Below are positions 27,863 to 37,982 of a DNA stretch of 42,826 nucleotides, piece by piece; position 1 is the first letter of the stretch, and the number at the start of each line of letters is the position of its first letter. The stretch comes from Flavobacteriales bacterium (GTDB lineage Bacteria; Bacteroidota; Bacteroidia; Flavobacteriales_E; Vicingaceae): assembly GCA_016763795.1 (NCBI GenBank), contig JAESTF010000333.1:1-42826 (forward strand), read 5' to 3'. Below the pieces are notes generated by a model. That model was not told the origin of the DNA, ran no database searches, and saw only the letters and a program-made list of their open reading frames with translations. Both the position numbers and the translations under genes were made by a program.

Positions 27863-28603
27863 ATGAAAAAAGTAATAACTATAGTAATAGGTTTAATAAT
27901 TTTTTCTGCGGCTAATGTTTCTGCGCAAAATTGGAAAGATCTAAGAAAAAAAGCTAAAGAGAAAGCAAATAGTGCTAAAACTGGCTTGCCAGTAGCAGGA
28001 TTAACCCAAGATGAAGTAGGTAGAGGGTTAAAAGAAGCTTTAAATCAGGGAGTAAAAAAAGGAGTAGCTCAATTAAATCAAAAAGATGGCTATTTAAAAG
28101 ACCCTAAAATAAAAATACCAATGCCTGATGAAGCTAAAAAAGTAGAAGATAAGTTAAGAGCTTTAGGTCAAGGCAAAAAAGTTGATGAGGCAATTGAAAG
28201 TATGAATCGTGCAGCAGAAGATGCTGCTGCTGGAGCTAAAGATATATTTGTTGTAGCAATTAAAGAAATGACATTAACTGATGCAATGAGCATTTTAAGG
28301 GGAGAAAATGATGCTGCAACTAAATATCTGAATAAAGCTACTAATATAGAATTAACAAAAAAGTTTAATCCTGTAATTAAAGCTTCGTTAGATAAAGTAG
28401 GGGCGACTAAACATTGGACTACTGTTTTTGGATCGTATAATAAGTTACCTTTTGTAACTAAAATTAACCCTAATTTAGAGGAGTATGTTACTGAAAAAGC
28501 GTTAATTGGATTATTTATTCAGGTAGCAAAAGAAGAATTGAAAATTAGACAAGATCCTGCTTCAAGAGGAACTGACTTATTGAAAAAAGTTTTTTCGAAA
28601 TAG
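27863..28603 (+). CDS. DUF4197 domain exported protein
   Basis: GLKEAL..G, KIP.P, SMNRAAE.A, DA..IL.G..DAAT.YL and E..IR.DP..R..DLLKKVF. Confidence 0.88.
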   Translation: MKKVITIVIGLIIFSAANVSAQNWKDLRKKAKEKANSAKTGLPVAGLTQDEVGRGLKEALNQGVKKGVAQLNQKDGYLKDPKIKIPMPDEAKKVEDKLRALGQGKKVDEAIESMNRAAEDAAAGAKDIFVVAIKEMTLTDAMSILRGENDAATKYLNKATNIELTKKFNPVIKASLDKVGATKHWTTVFGSYNKLPFVTKINPNLEEYVTEKALIGLFIQVAKEELKIRQDPASRGTDLLKKVFSK

Positions 28604-28624
28604 TTTTTGATAAAAGATATAATT

Positions 28625-28652
28625 AGACCCTGCCTGTATGGTTGGGTTTTTT
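28625..28652 (+). terminator. Probable intrinsic terminator after the DUF4197 gene
   Basis: Imperfect stem AGACCC-TGCC / GGTT-GGGTTT followed by a T-tract. Confidence 0.55.
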
Positions 28653-28718
28653 ATTCCCATTCATTTTTAAGTATGTTCTAGTGATTTTTATATTAACTAC
28701 GGTTTAGTTTTTTGATCT

Positions 28719-29315
28719 TTAGTAAAATTCATTTTCAAATGGTTTAAAGTTTTTAAGTTGAGGTAATGGTCTAATTTGTATTTTCCCCTTAATTTTTAAA
28801 GTAATTTCAGATGTTTCGTTTATTTCAGTTTGTTTCGTGTATTTTCCAGTTAGTAAATTAAATTCTGTTTCAGTAATATTTATACTGTTCCAATTAACAT
28901 AACTAAAATAAGTTAGCTCAAATTCTCCGTTTTTAAATCTAAATTCATATCGAGAATTCCCTTTTATGTAAAAATCTAACTGCAACTTTCCTTCTTCAAT
29001 ATAAACATCCGGAATTTGGCTACCATTGTATTTTCCATTCTTTTCAAGAGGGTACATTGCTTCAATTATTTCGGTGGACGAAAAAAATAATTTAAACTTT
29101 TTGTTTGGTTGAGCAAAAAAGATTTGCAATCTCAGTGGTTTTGCATCGTTTACTGTATCCATAGATATGATAGCTTTGTCCAAGAGTCCATCTTTATTTA
29201 GGTCGCCCACAGATTTTCTTATTAGACAATTAAAATTATCATTCAAATTTTTATTCTGTGAATAAATAGTCACAAAAGCGAAAAGAGCGATTAATATAAT
29301 GGTTATTTTTTTCAT
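28719..29315 (-). CDS. Hypothetical exported protein with a GDLNKDG (FG-GAP/Ca-binding-like) motif
   Basis: 198-aa ORF with signal peptide and a Dx[DN]xDG motif. Confidence 0.75.
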   Translation of the reverse strand: MKKITIILIALFAFVTIYSQNKNLNDNFNCLIRKSVGDLNKDGLLDKAIISMDTVNDAKPLRLQIFFAQPNKKFKLFFSSTEIIEAMYPLEKNGKYNGSQIPDVYIEEGKLQLDFYIKGNSRYEFRFKNGEFELTYFSYVNWNSINITETEFNLLTGKYTKQTEINETSEITLKIKGKIQIRPLPQLKNFKPFENEFY

Positions 29316-29447
29316 TTCTTGTATTAAAGATAACGTAATCCTATGCTATGTTTTAATGTGATATAAAATATGTTGTTAAACGAAAGTATAGATTTTAAGG
29401 GTGAAATCAAGTTGTCGACTTTTAAATAAAAGGTTTGGTATAAACTG

Positions 29448-29481
29448 AAAAAAGGTAGAAACATAGATGTTCCTACCTTTT
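29448..29481 (-). terminator. Probable intrinsic terminator downstream of the 30483-29584 gene
   Basis: AAAAGGTAG-A-AACAT / ATGTT-C-CTACCTTTT hairpin with an A-tract on + (U-tract on -). Confidence 0.7.
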
Positions 29482-29583
29482 CGAACTAAAAATTAGCAAT
29501 CTTATGATTACATAAGATGTAATATATGGTCTCTTAATATGTTTTACCAATTGTATTAATATGAGTTATTAAGAATAAAATGT

Positions 29584-30483
29584 TTATAGCCCATTTAAAT
29601 GAGAAGTTAATGCTGCATCAGTTGTTTGGCTAAGGCTTATGTCAATTGTACTGCTGCTGTTAACTGTGCGGCTATCTGTATAACTAAATAATTGTCCGTT
29701 TGCATCTTGAGCCATCATTATAATTTTGATACTTGAGCCATTTGGTATTAAGCCCGAAGTCATATTGTAAACTTGCATTACAGTTTTAGATGCAGGTATA
29801 TATATAAAGATTCCAACATTAGTCAAATCATCCACTTGTGAAGTGAAAGTAAGCGTATTTCCACTTCCTGTACCAATTTGGATATCAGCATTTAGCCAGC
29901 CTAGTGAGTTTACTATTCCTGAATAACCATAGCTAATTAATGAGAATGGGGTTGTTGTGTTCGACCAATCTATAAAATTTCCATTATCTGCTCCTGTAAA
30001 GATAGTCATGCTACTGTTTGGAGCTGTGTTTGGTATCCATATTTGGTAAGGGCAACTTAATGTTAATTCTTGGCCATTTTCAGTTGCTCTTATTCTAATT
30101 TCACCATCTGTTTCTAATATGTTTCCTCCAGCTACAGTCGGCATTTGCCAATAAATCATATCTTTAGGAGTGTATAATTCTACTAAATGGATTGAAAAAG
30201 GATAGTCAATAGTGTCTCCATTTGCATCTTGTAGGCAGTTTTTTCCGCCAATAACTTTTGTTCCTTGATTACCAGTTATGGTATCGTTACTCGGACCTGT
30301 AATAATAAACTCTTGCTCTTGTTGTTTCTTTGAATCTAAATATTGATTAACTGGGTTGTACTCATTTAAAGTTTTTTCTTCTGGAACTTCAATTCTATCT
30401 TTTTTACAACTAGTATTTATTATTGTAATGGCTATTATAATAGTTATTATAACTAAAGAATAAATTGGACTTGATTTTTTCAT
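29584..30483 (-). CDS. Hypothetical lipoprotein (paralogue of 32368-33330)
   Basis: Lipobox-like TSC-KKD; motifs shared with the paralogue (DMI, GEI.I.A..NG..LTLS, SLGW.N.D). Confidence 0.8.
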   Translation of the reverse strand: MKKSSPIYSLVIITIIIAITIINTSCKKDRIEVPEEKTLNEYNPVNQYLDSKKQQEQEFIITGPSNDTITGNQGTKVIGGKNCLQDANGDTIDYPFSIHLVELYTPKDMIYWQMPTVAGGNILETDGEIRIRATENGQELTLSCPYQIWIPNTAPNSSMTIFTGADNGNFIDWSNTTTPFSLISYGYSGIVNSLGWLNADIQIGTGSGNTLTFTSQVDDLTNVGIFIYIPASKTVMQVYNMTSGLIPNGSSIKIIMMAQDANGQLFSYTDSRTVNSSSTIDISLSQTTDAALTSHLNGL

Positions 30484-30502
30484 AAGTTTAAATTATAGTT
30501 AT

Positions 30503-31036
30503 TCAATTATAGGCAGGACAAACAACTCCTTTCCTCATTCTATTGGTATTTCGATATCCATTTCCATCTCCTCCACAGCCAAAGATATACAATAATCCTA
30601 GCTGGAAGTGAGTTTCCTGAAATTTAACATTGTATCGATACTCTAAAAATGGGCGTAAACACTTATTGGTTGTGATTCCTGCACCAGCTTCAGCATTCCA
30701 ATTGCTCGGTGAAGCTCCAGAGAGTGCAGAATTTTCTGAGTTAGTCCACCGGTTATAACCTCCGTGAGCTAGTAAATAGAAATCGAAAGTATTACCTCTC
30801 AAAATTTTAAGCTCCAAACTCAGTCCCGCAGTCCATTCAGAAACAGGGCCAATAAAATAGTAAGAAAATTGAGGTACATAACTTAATGTGTTATTAGGAA
30901 ATATACTAACGTGTGCACCTGCACCAAAACTTTCAGATTGGATATTATATAGAGCAGAAGCTCCAACTCCGATATTTTGACTACTTCCTAAAAAAGGGAG
31001 TGATAACAAAATAAATATTAGGAGTAATTTTTTCAT
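30503..31036 (-). CDS. Outer-membrane beta-barrel protein (8-stranded OMP-like)
   Basis: Signal peptide MKKLLLIFILL from the ATG at 31036; alternating beta-strand pattern (GAGAHVSI, YLLAHGGY, FLEYRY, FQLGLLYIF). Confidence 0.7.
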   Translation of the reverse strand: MKKLLLIFILLSLPFLGSSQNIGVGASALYNIQSESFGAGAHVSIFPNNTLSYVPQFSYYFIGPVSEWTAGLSLELKILRGNTFDFYLLAHGGYNRWTNSENSALSGASPSNWNAEAGAGITTNKCLRPFLEYRYNVKFQETHFQLGLLYIFGCGGDGNGYRNTNRMRKGVVCPAYN

Positions 31037-31096
31037 AAAGCAATAATACCACAATCAAAACGATATTAACGTAATAATATTTAAGACTAATAAAAA

Positions 31097-32290
31097 CTAT
31101 TCAACATATAATACCAATCCTTTTAAATACTCTCCCTCAGGATGGTAAATGTTTACAGGATGATCTGCAGGTTGTGAAAGATGGTGTAAAACCCTAATTT
31201 TTCTACCGCTTTCTATTGCGGCAGCGGTTATAGTATCGTAAAAAAGTTTACGATTAATTATTTGAGAACAAGAAAATGTAAATAATATTCCGCCAGGTTT
31301 TATTTGTTTTAAAGCCATCAGGTTTAAGCGTTTGTAACCTTGAATAGCATTGTGTTTAGCTTTTTTATTTTTAGCATAAGCAGGAGGATCTAAAATAATA
31401 ACATCATAATCTATGGTATTCTTTTTTAAATAATCTAAGGTGTCAGTAGTAAAAGATTCATGATTTTTTAAACCGTTTAATTTAATGTTTTCATCTACTA
31501 AGTCAATTGCTTTTTGAGAACTATCAATAGAATGGACTTCTTTTGCTCCAGCTTTTAATGCGTAAACTGAAAAGCCACCAGAATAACAAAAGGTATTCAA
31601 TATTTTTTTTCCTTTACTGTAGTCGGCTATTAATTTTCTGTTTTCTCGTTGATCTAAAAAGAAACCAGTTTTCTGGCCATTAATCCAATCCAAATTAAAT
31701 TGATTGTCATATTCTAAACCAATTAAATTGGGATCACCTTTTTTATAAATGTAGTCGTTTTCTATTTCTTCGTTTGTTTGTTTGGCAATGCTCTCAGCAC
31801 TTTTATTATAAATAGCAATTAATTGTTTTCCATAAACGTGTTGTAGCGCTATACTAATATTATCTATTATATTATAAATGCCTATGGAGTGTGCTTGTAT
31901 AATTGCAGTACCATTATAAAAATCGATAACAAGCCCAGAAATACCATCTCCTTCTGCGTGCATTAAACGATAGATGTTTGTAGAAGTATTGTCGGTTAAA
32001 CCTAAATTTTCTCTAAGATTATAAGCCGATTGAATAGTTTTATTCCAAAATTCTTGATTAATAGTCTCTTTTTTAAAGGATATAATCCGAATTGCAATCG
32101 TTCCTTCACTAAAATAACCTAAGGCTAAAAAGTTGTTGTTAATATCTACAACCTCTACCAGTTCTCCATTTTCTGGAGCTTCTCCAGTATCACTAATTAT
32201 TCGGTTTATTGCTCCAGAAAACACCCAAGGATGCTTTCTTTCTAATGAACTTTCTTTTCTTCTACTTAATACAATTGTTTTTAACTCCAT
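31097..32290 (-). CDS. rlmI: 23S rRNA m5C1962 methyltransferase RlmI-like
   Basis: HPWVFSGAI PUA domain, AEGD..SGL.ID, GQKTGFFLDQRENR, LNTFCYSGGFS, DVIILDPP and TFSCS; start at the ATG 32290. Confidence 0.92.
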   Translation of the reverse strand: MELKTIVLSRRKESSLERKHPWVFSGAINRIISDTGEAPENGELVEVVDINNNFLALGYFSEGTIAIRIISFKKETINQEFWNKTIQSAYNLRENLGLTDNTSTNIYRLMHAEGDGISGLVIDFYNGTAIIQAHSIGIYNIIDNISIALQHVYGKQLIAIYNKSAESIAKQTNEEIENDYIYKKGDPNLIGLEYDNQFNLDWINGQKTGFFLDQRENRKLIADYSKGKKILNTFCYSGGFSVYALKAGAKEVHSIDSSQKAIDLVDENIKLNGLKNHESFTTDTLDYLKKNTIDYDVIILDPPAYAKNKKAKHNAIQGYKRLNLMALKQIKPGGILFTFSCSQIINRKLFYDTITAAAIESGRKIRVLHHLSQPADHPVNIYHPEGEYLKGLVLYVE

Positions 32291-32319
32291 TTTGCAAAGA
32301 AAGGAAAAGGATTGACAAT

Positions 32320-32347
32320 AAAAAAGCCCCAACTAATTAGTTGGGGC
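32320..32347 (-). terminator. Intrinsic terminator of the 33330-32368 gene
   Basis: Perfect 22-bp palindrome GCCCCAACTAATTAGTTGGGGC (32326-32347) next to an A6 tract. Confidence 0.85.
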
Positions 32348-32367
32348 CATTTTTAATATTATTGTTT

Positions 32368-33330
32368 TTATAAATTATTTAAGTCTGTTTGAAGGTCTGT
32401 AGACGTTGTTGCAGAGAATGTTATTGATTCTGTGTGGTTTGCTGTTAATGTAATTGGAGTAAATGAGGAGGAGAGCTGCCCATTAATTTCAGAAATAGCT
32501 ACAATCGTTATTTGTTCTCCAATAGGTAAACTGTTTAGATAAGAACGGAAGTGTGGGCCGTTTCCGTCCCATACTGTAGGTGCTACAGCGTAAATGTTGT
32601 TGAAGAACAAATAAATAACAGTATTAGTATTGTCATGGTTACTTGGAGGGTTTATGGTTAGTGTGGTTAGGTTAGTCTGACTATAAAAATAATCACAGTT
32701 AATCCAGCCTAAAGAATCACTTCCTAATGTTCCACTATAAATTGTGAACGTATAATTTCCACTACTATCAACAGCTACATTGGTAGTAGTAGAGTCCCAA
32801 TTTATATTTCCTGAACTATCTTCAGTTCCTGAAAATAAAGACATATTAGTTGGGTTGTTAGTTGGCATAGAAATGTAAACGGAACCATTTGGAGATAATG
32901 TAAGTTGCTCTCCATTTTGAAATGCTTTTATTGATATTTCTCCGCCACTTACTAATAATTGACCGTTTGATGTAGTTGTTTTATTCATCCAAATCATATC
33001 TGCCTTTGTTTGAATTTCAATTAATTCAACACTAATGTTTCCTGAAACAATGTTATTTGAATTGTTTTGGAATGAGTTTGCAGGAATATAAATGTAGGTT
33101 CCTTTTGATCCAGAAATTGATTGTCCTATTCCCGCATCAATCGTAAAAGATTGTTTTCCATCCAATATATTTTGATTGAAAAAATTATCTAGATTACTTG
33201 TTGATGGAGTAGGAGTTGGTGTAGTCTCTTCAACTATTGGCAGAACAGTGCCTTTATCTTTTTTACAAGAGTAAAATGTTAATAGAATAGTACAGATTGC
33301 TAGTGCTGGAAATAAAATGATCTTTTTCAT
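32368..33330 (-). CDS. Hypothetical lipoprotein (paralogue of 29584-30483)
   Basis: Lipobox-like YSC-KKD, PTPTP linker and shared family motifs. Confidence 0.8.
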   Translation of the reverse strand: MKKIILFPALAICTILLTFYSCKKDKGTVLPIVEETTPTPTPSTSNLDNFFNQNILDGKQSFTIDAGIGQSISGSKGTYIYIPANSFQNNSNNIVSGNISVELIEIQTKADMIWMNKTTTSNGQLLVSGGEISIKAFQNGEQLTLSPNGSVYISMPTNNPTNMSLFSGTEDSSGNINWDSTTTNVAVDSSGNYTFTIYSGTLGSDSLGWINCDYFYSQTNLTTLTINPPSNHDNTNTVIYLFFNNIYAVAPTVWDGNGPHFRSYLNSLPIGEQITIVAISEINGQLSSSFTPITLTANHTESITFSATTSTDLQTDLNNL

Positions 33331-33496
33331 AATTGTTTTTTAAAATTTAAATGCTTTTAATTATATACACGAAAAAAATAGATTGAATAGGGGGGTATAA
33401 ATAATTTGCTAATTATCGAAGCCATATTTTTATCAAAAATTGTTAGTGTAACTAACTTAGTTGTTAGTTTTAATTGTCACACATTATACATTTTCC

Positions 33497-33504
33497 TACC
33501 TTTG
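33497..33504 (+). promoter_or_regulatory. -7 promoter element TACCTTTG for the Omp85-type gene
   Basis: Matches TAnnTTTG, 23 bp upstream of the TTG start at 33528. Confidence 0.55.
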
Positions 33505-33527
33505 TTGAATAACAACGTTTTAAAGAA

Positions 33528-34795
33528 TTGAAAAAAACAATTGTAATACTCTTTTATACTCTTACGGCCTTTTGTTGGGCTCAAGAAGATGTAATTTCTA
33601 AAATAGAATTTACAGGAGTAAAACGTTGTAATGTTATTTTTTTGAATAAACTCTTGATTGTAAAAGAAGCAAGTGCCGTGGATACTATACTTATTCAAAA
33701 AGATATTAAAAAGTTAAAACGGCAGGTGGCGATTGCGAATGCAACTTTTAGATTAGATAAAATATCGGGAAATAATTACAAATTAGTATACGAAATAGAA
33801 GAAAATTTTACGTTATACCACAAGCTAATATTTGGACTGTTGATGGGAAATTTTCTTACAATGTTGGGTTATATGAATATAATTTATTCGGAAGAAATAT
33901 TAAGATAGGAGGATTTTATCAGAATAATGGATTTGATTCCTATGGAGCAACTTTTAGTGCGCCTTATTTATTTTCTAAAAAATGGGGTTTAGGAATTAAT
34001 TATCAAAATTGGACGAATGAAGAACCTTTGTATTTTAATGAGTTGGTTGCAAATTATAAATACAATAATGAATTTATTGAGGTGATGGCGATGTTCGAGA
34101 TTTCGGGTAAAAATAACATAGGATTGGGAGTTAATTTTTTTACAGAGAAATACAATTATTTAAATGGAGATAATAATATTGATAAAAGTAAAGTGCCTTT
34201 AAGCTCAGAACAGGATAAATCGATGATAAAATTAGTTTATACTTATGATGATTTAAAATATGATTATTATTTATTGTCGGGATTTAAGAGTGTCTTAAAT
34301 TTACAAGGTGTAGTAACAGAAAATGATTTTAACAATGCATTTTTAATTGGATTTAATGATTTTCTTTATTTTACAAGAGTGGGTTTGAAAGGGAATTTCG
34401 CAACTAGATTAAGGTTGGGAATAGCAACAAACGTAAATAGCCCTTTTGCTCCATTTGCGGTAGATAATAATTTGAATATACGAGGTGTTGGTAATACCAT
34501 AGATAGAGGCTCTGCGAGTGCTGTTTGGAATTTAGAGTATCGCCATACTATTATTGAGAAGAATTGGTTTGTATTACAAACTAATTTCTTTATGGATGCG
34601 GGTTCTTGGAGAAGTCCTGGAGGTCATTTAAGTGATATTCTAGATAGTGAAAACTTTAGAATTTATGCAGGAGGCGGATTGCGCTTTATGCACAAAAAAA
34701 TATACAACGCTATTTTTAGGATTGATTATGGTTATGGTATTACTGAGGAGATAAATACTGGAGGGATAGTAATTGGTATAGGGCAATACTTTTAG
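33528..34795 (+). pseudogene. Omp85/BamA-TamA superfamily protein (POTRA + beta-barrel) split by a single -1 frameshift near 33803-33817
   Basis: ORF1 has a signal peptide and a POTRA-like domain up to EENFTL. The -1 frame continues without stops as IPQANIWTVDGKFSYNVGLYEYNLFGRN...PYLF into ORF2, which has an NIRG motif and ends GIGQYF (terminal Phe). Confidence 0.8.
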
Positions 34796-34923
34796 AGTTT
34801 GTTTATAATCTTTTTATTACTGTAACATTAAATAAAGTTATGCCTCAATTTGCATTACAAATCATTTATTTGGCATATTTTTTGTTAAAATAAGTTTCTT
34901 TATTTTTATAAAAAAGTGTCATT

Positions 34924-37221
34924 ATGAAAAGAAATCTACTATACTTAGTAATAAGTTTAACAGTTATGCAACTTAATGCTCAAAATTGGAACGAAGTAAT
35001 TAAAGTTGTGGCTTCTGATAGATCTAGTGATGATCGATTTGGATATTCCGTATCTATTTCAGGAGATTATGCCATTGTAGGAGCTTACCAAGAAGATGAA
35101 GATTCCTCAGAAAATAATACATTAAGCAATGCAGGTTCTGCATCTATTTTTGAAAAAGATGGAGCAGGAAATTGGGTAGAGGTACAAAAAATAGTTGCCT
35201 CTGACAGAGCAAGTGATGATTTATTTGGTTATTCAGTATCTATTTCGGGAAATTATGCCATTCTAGGAGCTTACCAAGAAGATGAAGATGCTTCAGGAAA
35301 TAATACATTCTATGCTGCAGGATCTGCCTATATTTTTGAAAGAGATGGTCTAGGAAACTGGGTAGAGGTACAAAAAATAGTAGCCTCTGACAGGTGGCCT
35401 AATGATAATTTTGGTTTTTCAGTATCTATTTCAGGAAATTATGCGATTGTAGGAGCTACCCAAGAAAGTGAAGATGCCTTAGGAAACAATTCACTAGTCC
35501 GGTCTGGTTCTGCGTATATTTTTGAAAGAAATGGAACGGGAATTTGGTTAGAGGCACAAAAAATAGTTGCTTCCGATAGAGAGGCTAATATTTACTTTGG
35601 CTACTCTGTAGCCATTTCAGGGGGTTATGCCATTGTAGGAGCTAGGTATGGAAGCAAAGATGCTTTAGGAAACAATGTATTACCCCAGGCAGGAGCTGCC
35701 TATGTTTATGAAAGAAATGGTGTAGGAAACTGGGGGGAGGTACAAAAAATAGTCGCCTCCGATAGAGCATCTGGTGATTTTCTTGGTTTTTCTGTATCCA
35801 TTTCGGGGAACTACGCCATTGTAGGGTCTCATTATGATAGTGAAGATGCCTTAGGAAACAATACATTATTAAAGTCTGGATCTGCGTATATTTTTGAAAG
35901 AAATGGTGTAGGAAATTGGATGGAGATACAAAAAATAGTAGCTTCTGACAGGTTCTCTCAAGATCGGTTTGGTTTTTCTGTATCGATTTCGGGAAACCAT
36001 GTTATTGTAGGAGCTATATATGAAGATCAAAATGCCTTAGGAAACAATACATTAAGCAATGCAGGATCTTCGTATGTTTTTGAAAAAAATGGAGCAGGAA
36101 CTTGGTTAGAAGCACAAAAGATAGTTGCCTCCGATAGAGCAGCTGGTGATTATTTTGGTTATTCTGTATCCATTTCGGGAAACCATTTTATTGCAGGAGC
36201 TTACAGAGAAGATGAAGATGCTTCAGGAAATAATACATTGAGTAGTGCAGGGGCGGCTTATGTTTTTTGTGCTTCAACAGCAGGGGTAGATACTCAAGTA
36301 GCTTGTAGTACCTATATTTGGCCGTTAAATTCAACTATTTATACTTCATCAACCAATCTGCCAACTGTTACGTTAACCAATGCAATAGGGTGTGATTCTG
36401 TGGTTACCTTAAACTTAACAATTAACAGTAATACAGGAGCAGATACACAAGTAGCGTGTAATACATATACTTGGCCGTTAAACTCAACTACATATACAGC
36501 ATCTACAAGTACACCAACAGTAATATTAACCAATGTAACAGGGTGTGATAGTGTAGTAACCTTAAACTTAATAATAAACAGTGGTAATACAGGAATAGAT
36601 ACACAAGCGGCTTGTAATACATATACTTGGTCGTTAAATTCAACTACTTATACAGCATCTACAAATATACCAACAGTAACATTAACCAATTTAGCAGGGT
36701 GTGATTCTGTGGTTACTTTAAATTTAACCATCAACACAGTTGATGCCTCAACTACTACAGTTGGTAATACAATTACTGCAAAACAAACAGGAGGAGCTTA
36801 TATGTGGATAGACTGCAATAATGGAAACACAGCAATAATAGGAGAAACAAATGTTAATTATACTGCTGGATCCAATGGTGATTATGCAGTTGTGGTAACT
36901 TTAGGAGGTTGTATAGATACTTCGGCTTGTGTAAATGTAATTATTACAAGTATTATTGAAAGTGCTTTCGGAGAAGAAATTAAGGTTTATCCTAATCCAA
37001 CAAGCAACAATGTAACTATTGATTTTGGTATTTCGAATTGGTCTAATAATCAAAATACACAAGTTTTAATAATAAACATTGCAGGTAAAGAAGTTTATCG
37101 ATTAGATAAGATAATTAAATCTCAATTAGAAATTCCTTTAAAAGACTTTAATAGAGGTATATACTTCTTGAAAATTCAGGATAAAGAAAATCAAAAAGTG
37201 GTTAAGTTGATTAAGCAATAA
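34924..37221 (+). CDS. T9SS-secreted protein with 7 FG-GAP repeats and 3 Cys-containing CDSVVTLNL repeats
   Basis: Seven KIVASDR....FG.SVSISG..AIVGA...AGSAYIF repeats; C-terminal sorting domain VYPNPTS...GIYFLKI...KLIKQ. Confidence 0.9.
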   Translation: MKRNLLYLVISLTVMQLNAQNWNEVIKVVASDRSSDDRFGYSVSISGDYAIVGAYQEDEDSSENNTLSNAGSASIFEKDGAGNWVEVQKIVASDRASDDLFGYSVSISGNYAILGAYQEDEDASGNNTFYAAGSAYIFERDGLGNWVEVQKIVASDRWPNDNFGFSVSISGNYAIVGATQESEDALGNNSLVRSGSAYIFERNGTGIWLEAQKIVASDREANIYFGYSVAISGGYAIVGARYGSKDALGNNVLPQAGAAYVYERNGVGNWGEVQKIVASDRASGDFLGFSVSISGNYAIVGSHYDSEDALGNNTLLKSGSAYIFERNGVGNWMEIQKIVASDRFSQDRFGFSVSISGNHVIVGAIYEDQNALGNNTLSNAGSSYVFEKNGAGTWLEAQKIVASDRAAGDYFGYSVSISGNHFIAGAYREDEDASGNNTLSSAGAAYVFCASTAGVDTQVACSTYIWPLNSTIYTSSTNLPTVTLTNAIGCDSVVTLNLTINSNTGADTQVACNTYTWPLNSTTYTASTSTPTVILTNVTGCDSVVTLNLIINSGNTGIDTQAACNTYTWSLNSTTYTASTNIPTVTLTNLAGCDSVVTLNLTINTVDASTTTVGNTITAKQTGGAYMWIDCNNGNTAIIGETNVNYTAGSNGDYAVVVTLGGCIDTSACVNVIITSIIESAFGEEIKVYPNPTSNNVTIDFGISNWSNNQNTQVLIINIAGKEVYRLDKIIKSQLEIPLKDFNRGIYFLKIQDKENQKVVKLIKQ
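34984..36270 (+). repeat. Intragenic tandem repeat, 7 x 186 bp (62 aa)
   Basis: AATTGG at 34984 recurs at 35170, and CAAAAAATAGT.GC.TC.GA.AG recurs in successive units. Confidence 0.85.
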
Positions 37222-37238
37222 TATTTTATAATTTTTAT

Positions 37239-37281
37239 AAAAAAAGCCCCTTATGTAGAGTACAATAAGGAGCTTTTTTTT
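37239..37281. terminator. Bidirectional intrinsic terminator between the FG-GAP gene and sodA
   Basis: A7-GCCCCTTATGTA-GAG-TACAATAAGGAGC-T8 hairpin. Confidence 0.85.
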
Positions 37282-37295
37282 ATTTGCGAGAATAT

Positions 37296-37898
37296 CTATC
37301 CCTTAAATCTAGCATTCACTTCATCCCAGTTAATTACATTGAAAAATGCATTAATATAATCTGGTCTTCTGTTTTGGTAGTTTAAGTAATAGGCATGTTC
37401 CCAAACGTCTAATCCTAAAATTGGAGTTCCTCCACAATCAATACCAGGCATTAATGGGTTGTCCTGATTTGCAGTAGAGCAAACATCAACACTTCCATCA
37501 TCCATTTTGCATAACCAAGCCCAACCAGAACCAAATCTTGTTGCTGCAGCTTTAGCAAAAGCATCTTTAAAGTTATCGTAAGAACCAAATTTAGCATCAA
37601 TTGCATCAGCAACTGCACCAGTTGGATTTCCCCCTCCATTTGGAGACATTACTTTCCAAAATAAATCGTGATTAAAATATCCACCACCATTATTTCTAAC
37701 AGCGCCATTTTTCATGTCTATTCCTGCTAAAATATCTTCAATAGATTTTCCTTCAAGATCTGTTCCTGCAACTGCATTGTTTAAGTTTGTTGTGTAACCA
37801 TTGTGGTGCTTAGAATGGTGTATCTCCATTGTTCTAGCATCTATATGCGGTTCAAGTGCATCGTAAGCGTATGGTAACGCTGGTAATTCAAAAGCCAT
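37296..37898 (-). CDS. sodA: Superoxide dismutase, Mn (or cambialistic) type
   Basis: [29 protein letters not shown] and DVWEHAYY. Confidence 0.95.
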   Translation of the reverse strand: MAFELPALPYAYDALEPHIDARTMEIHHSKHHNGYTTNLNNAVAGTDLEGKSIEDILAGIDMKNGAVRNNGGGYFNHDLFWKVMSPNGGGNPTGAVADAIDAKFGSYDNFKDAFAKAAATRFGSGWAWLCKMDDGSVDVCSTANQDNPLMPGIDCGGTPILGLDVWEHAYYLNYQNRRPDYINAFFNVINWDEVNARFKG

Positions 37899-37982
37899 AA
37901 TTTTAAAATTTTGTTGTTAGTATATAATTTTTGGTGTATGGTATGCTGAAAATTAGCAACCAAACACTAAAAATAAAATTAA

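Noticed and set aside
34984..36270. CRISPR array
   Set aside because: The 186-bp repeats are in-frame coding repeats without spacers, and no cas genes are present.
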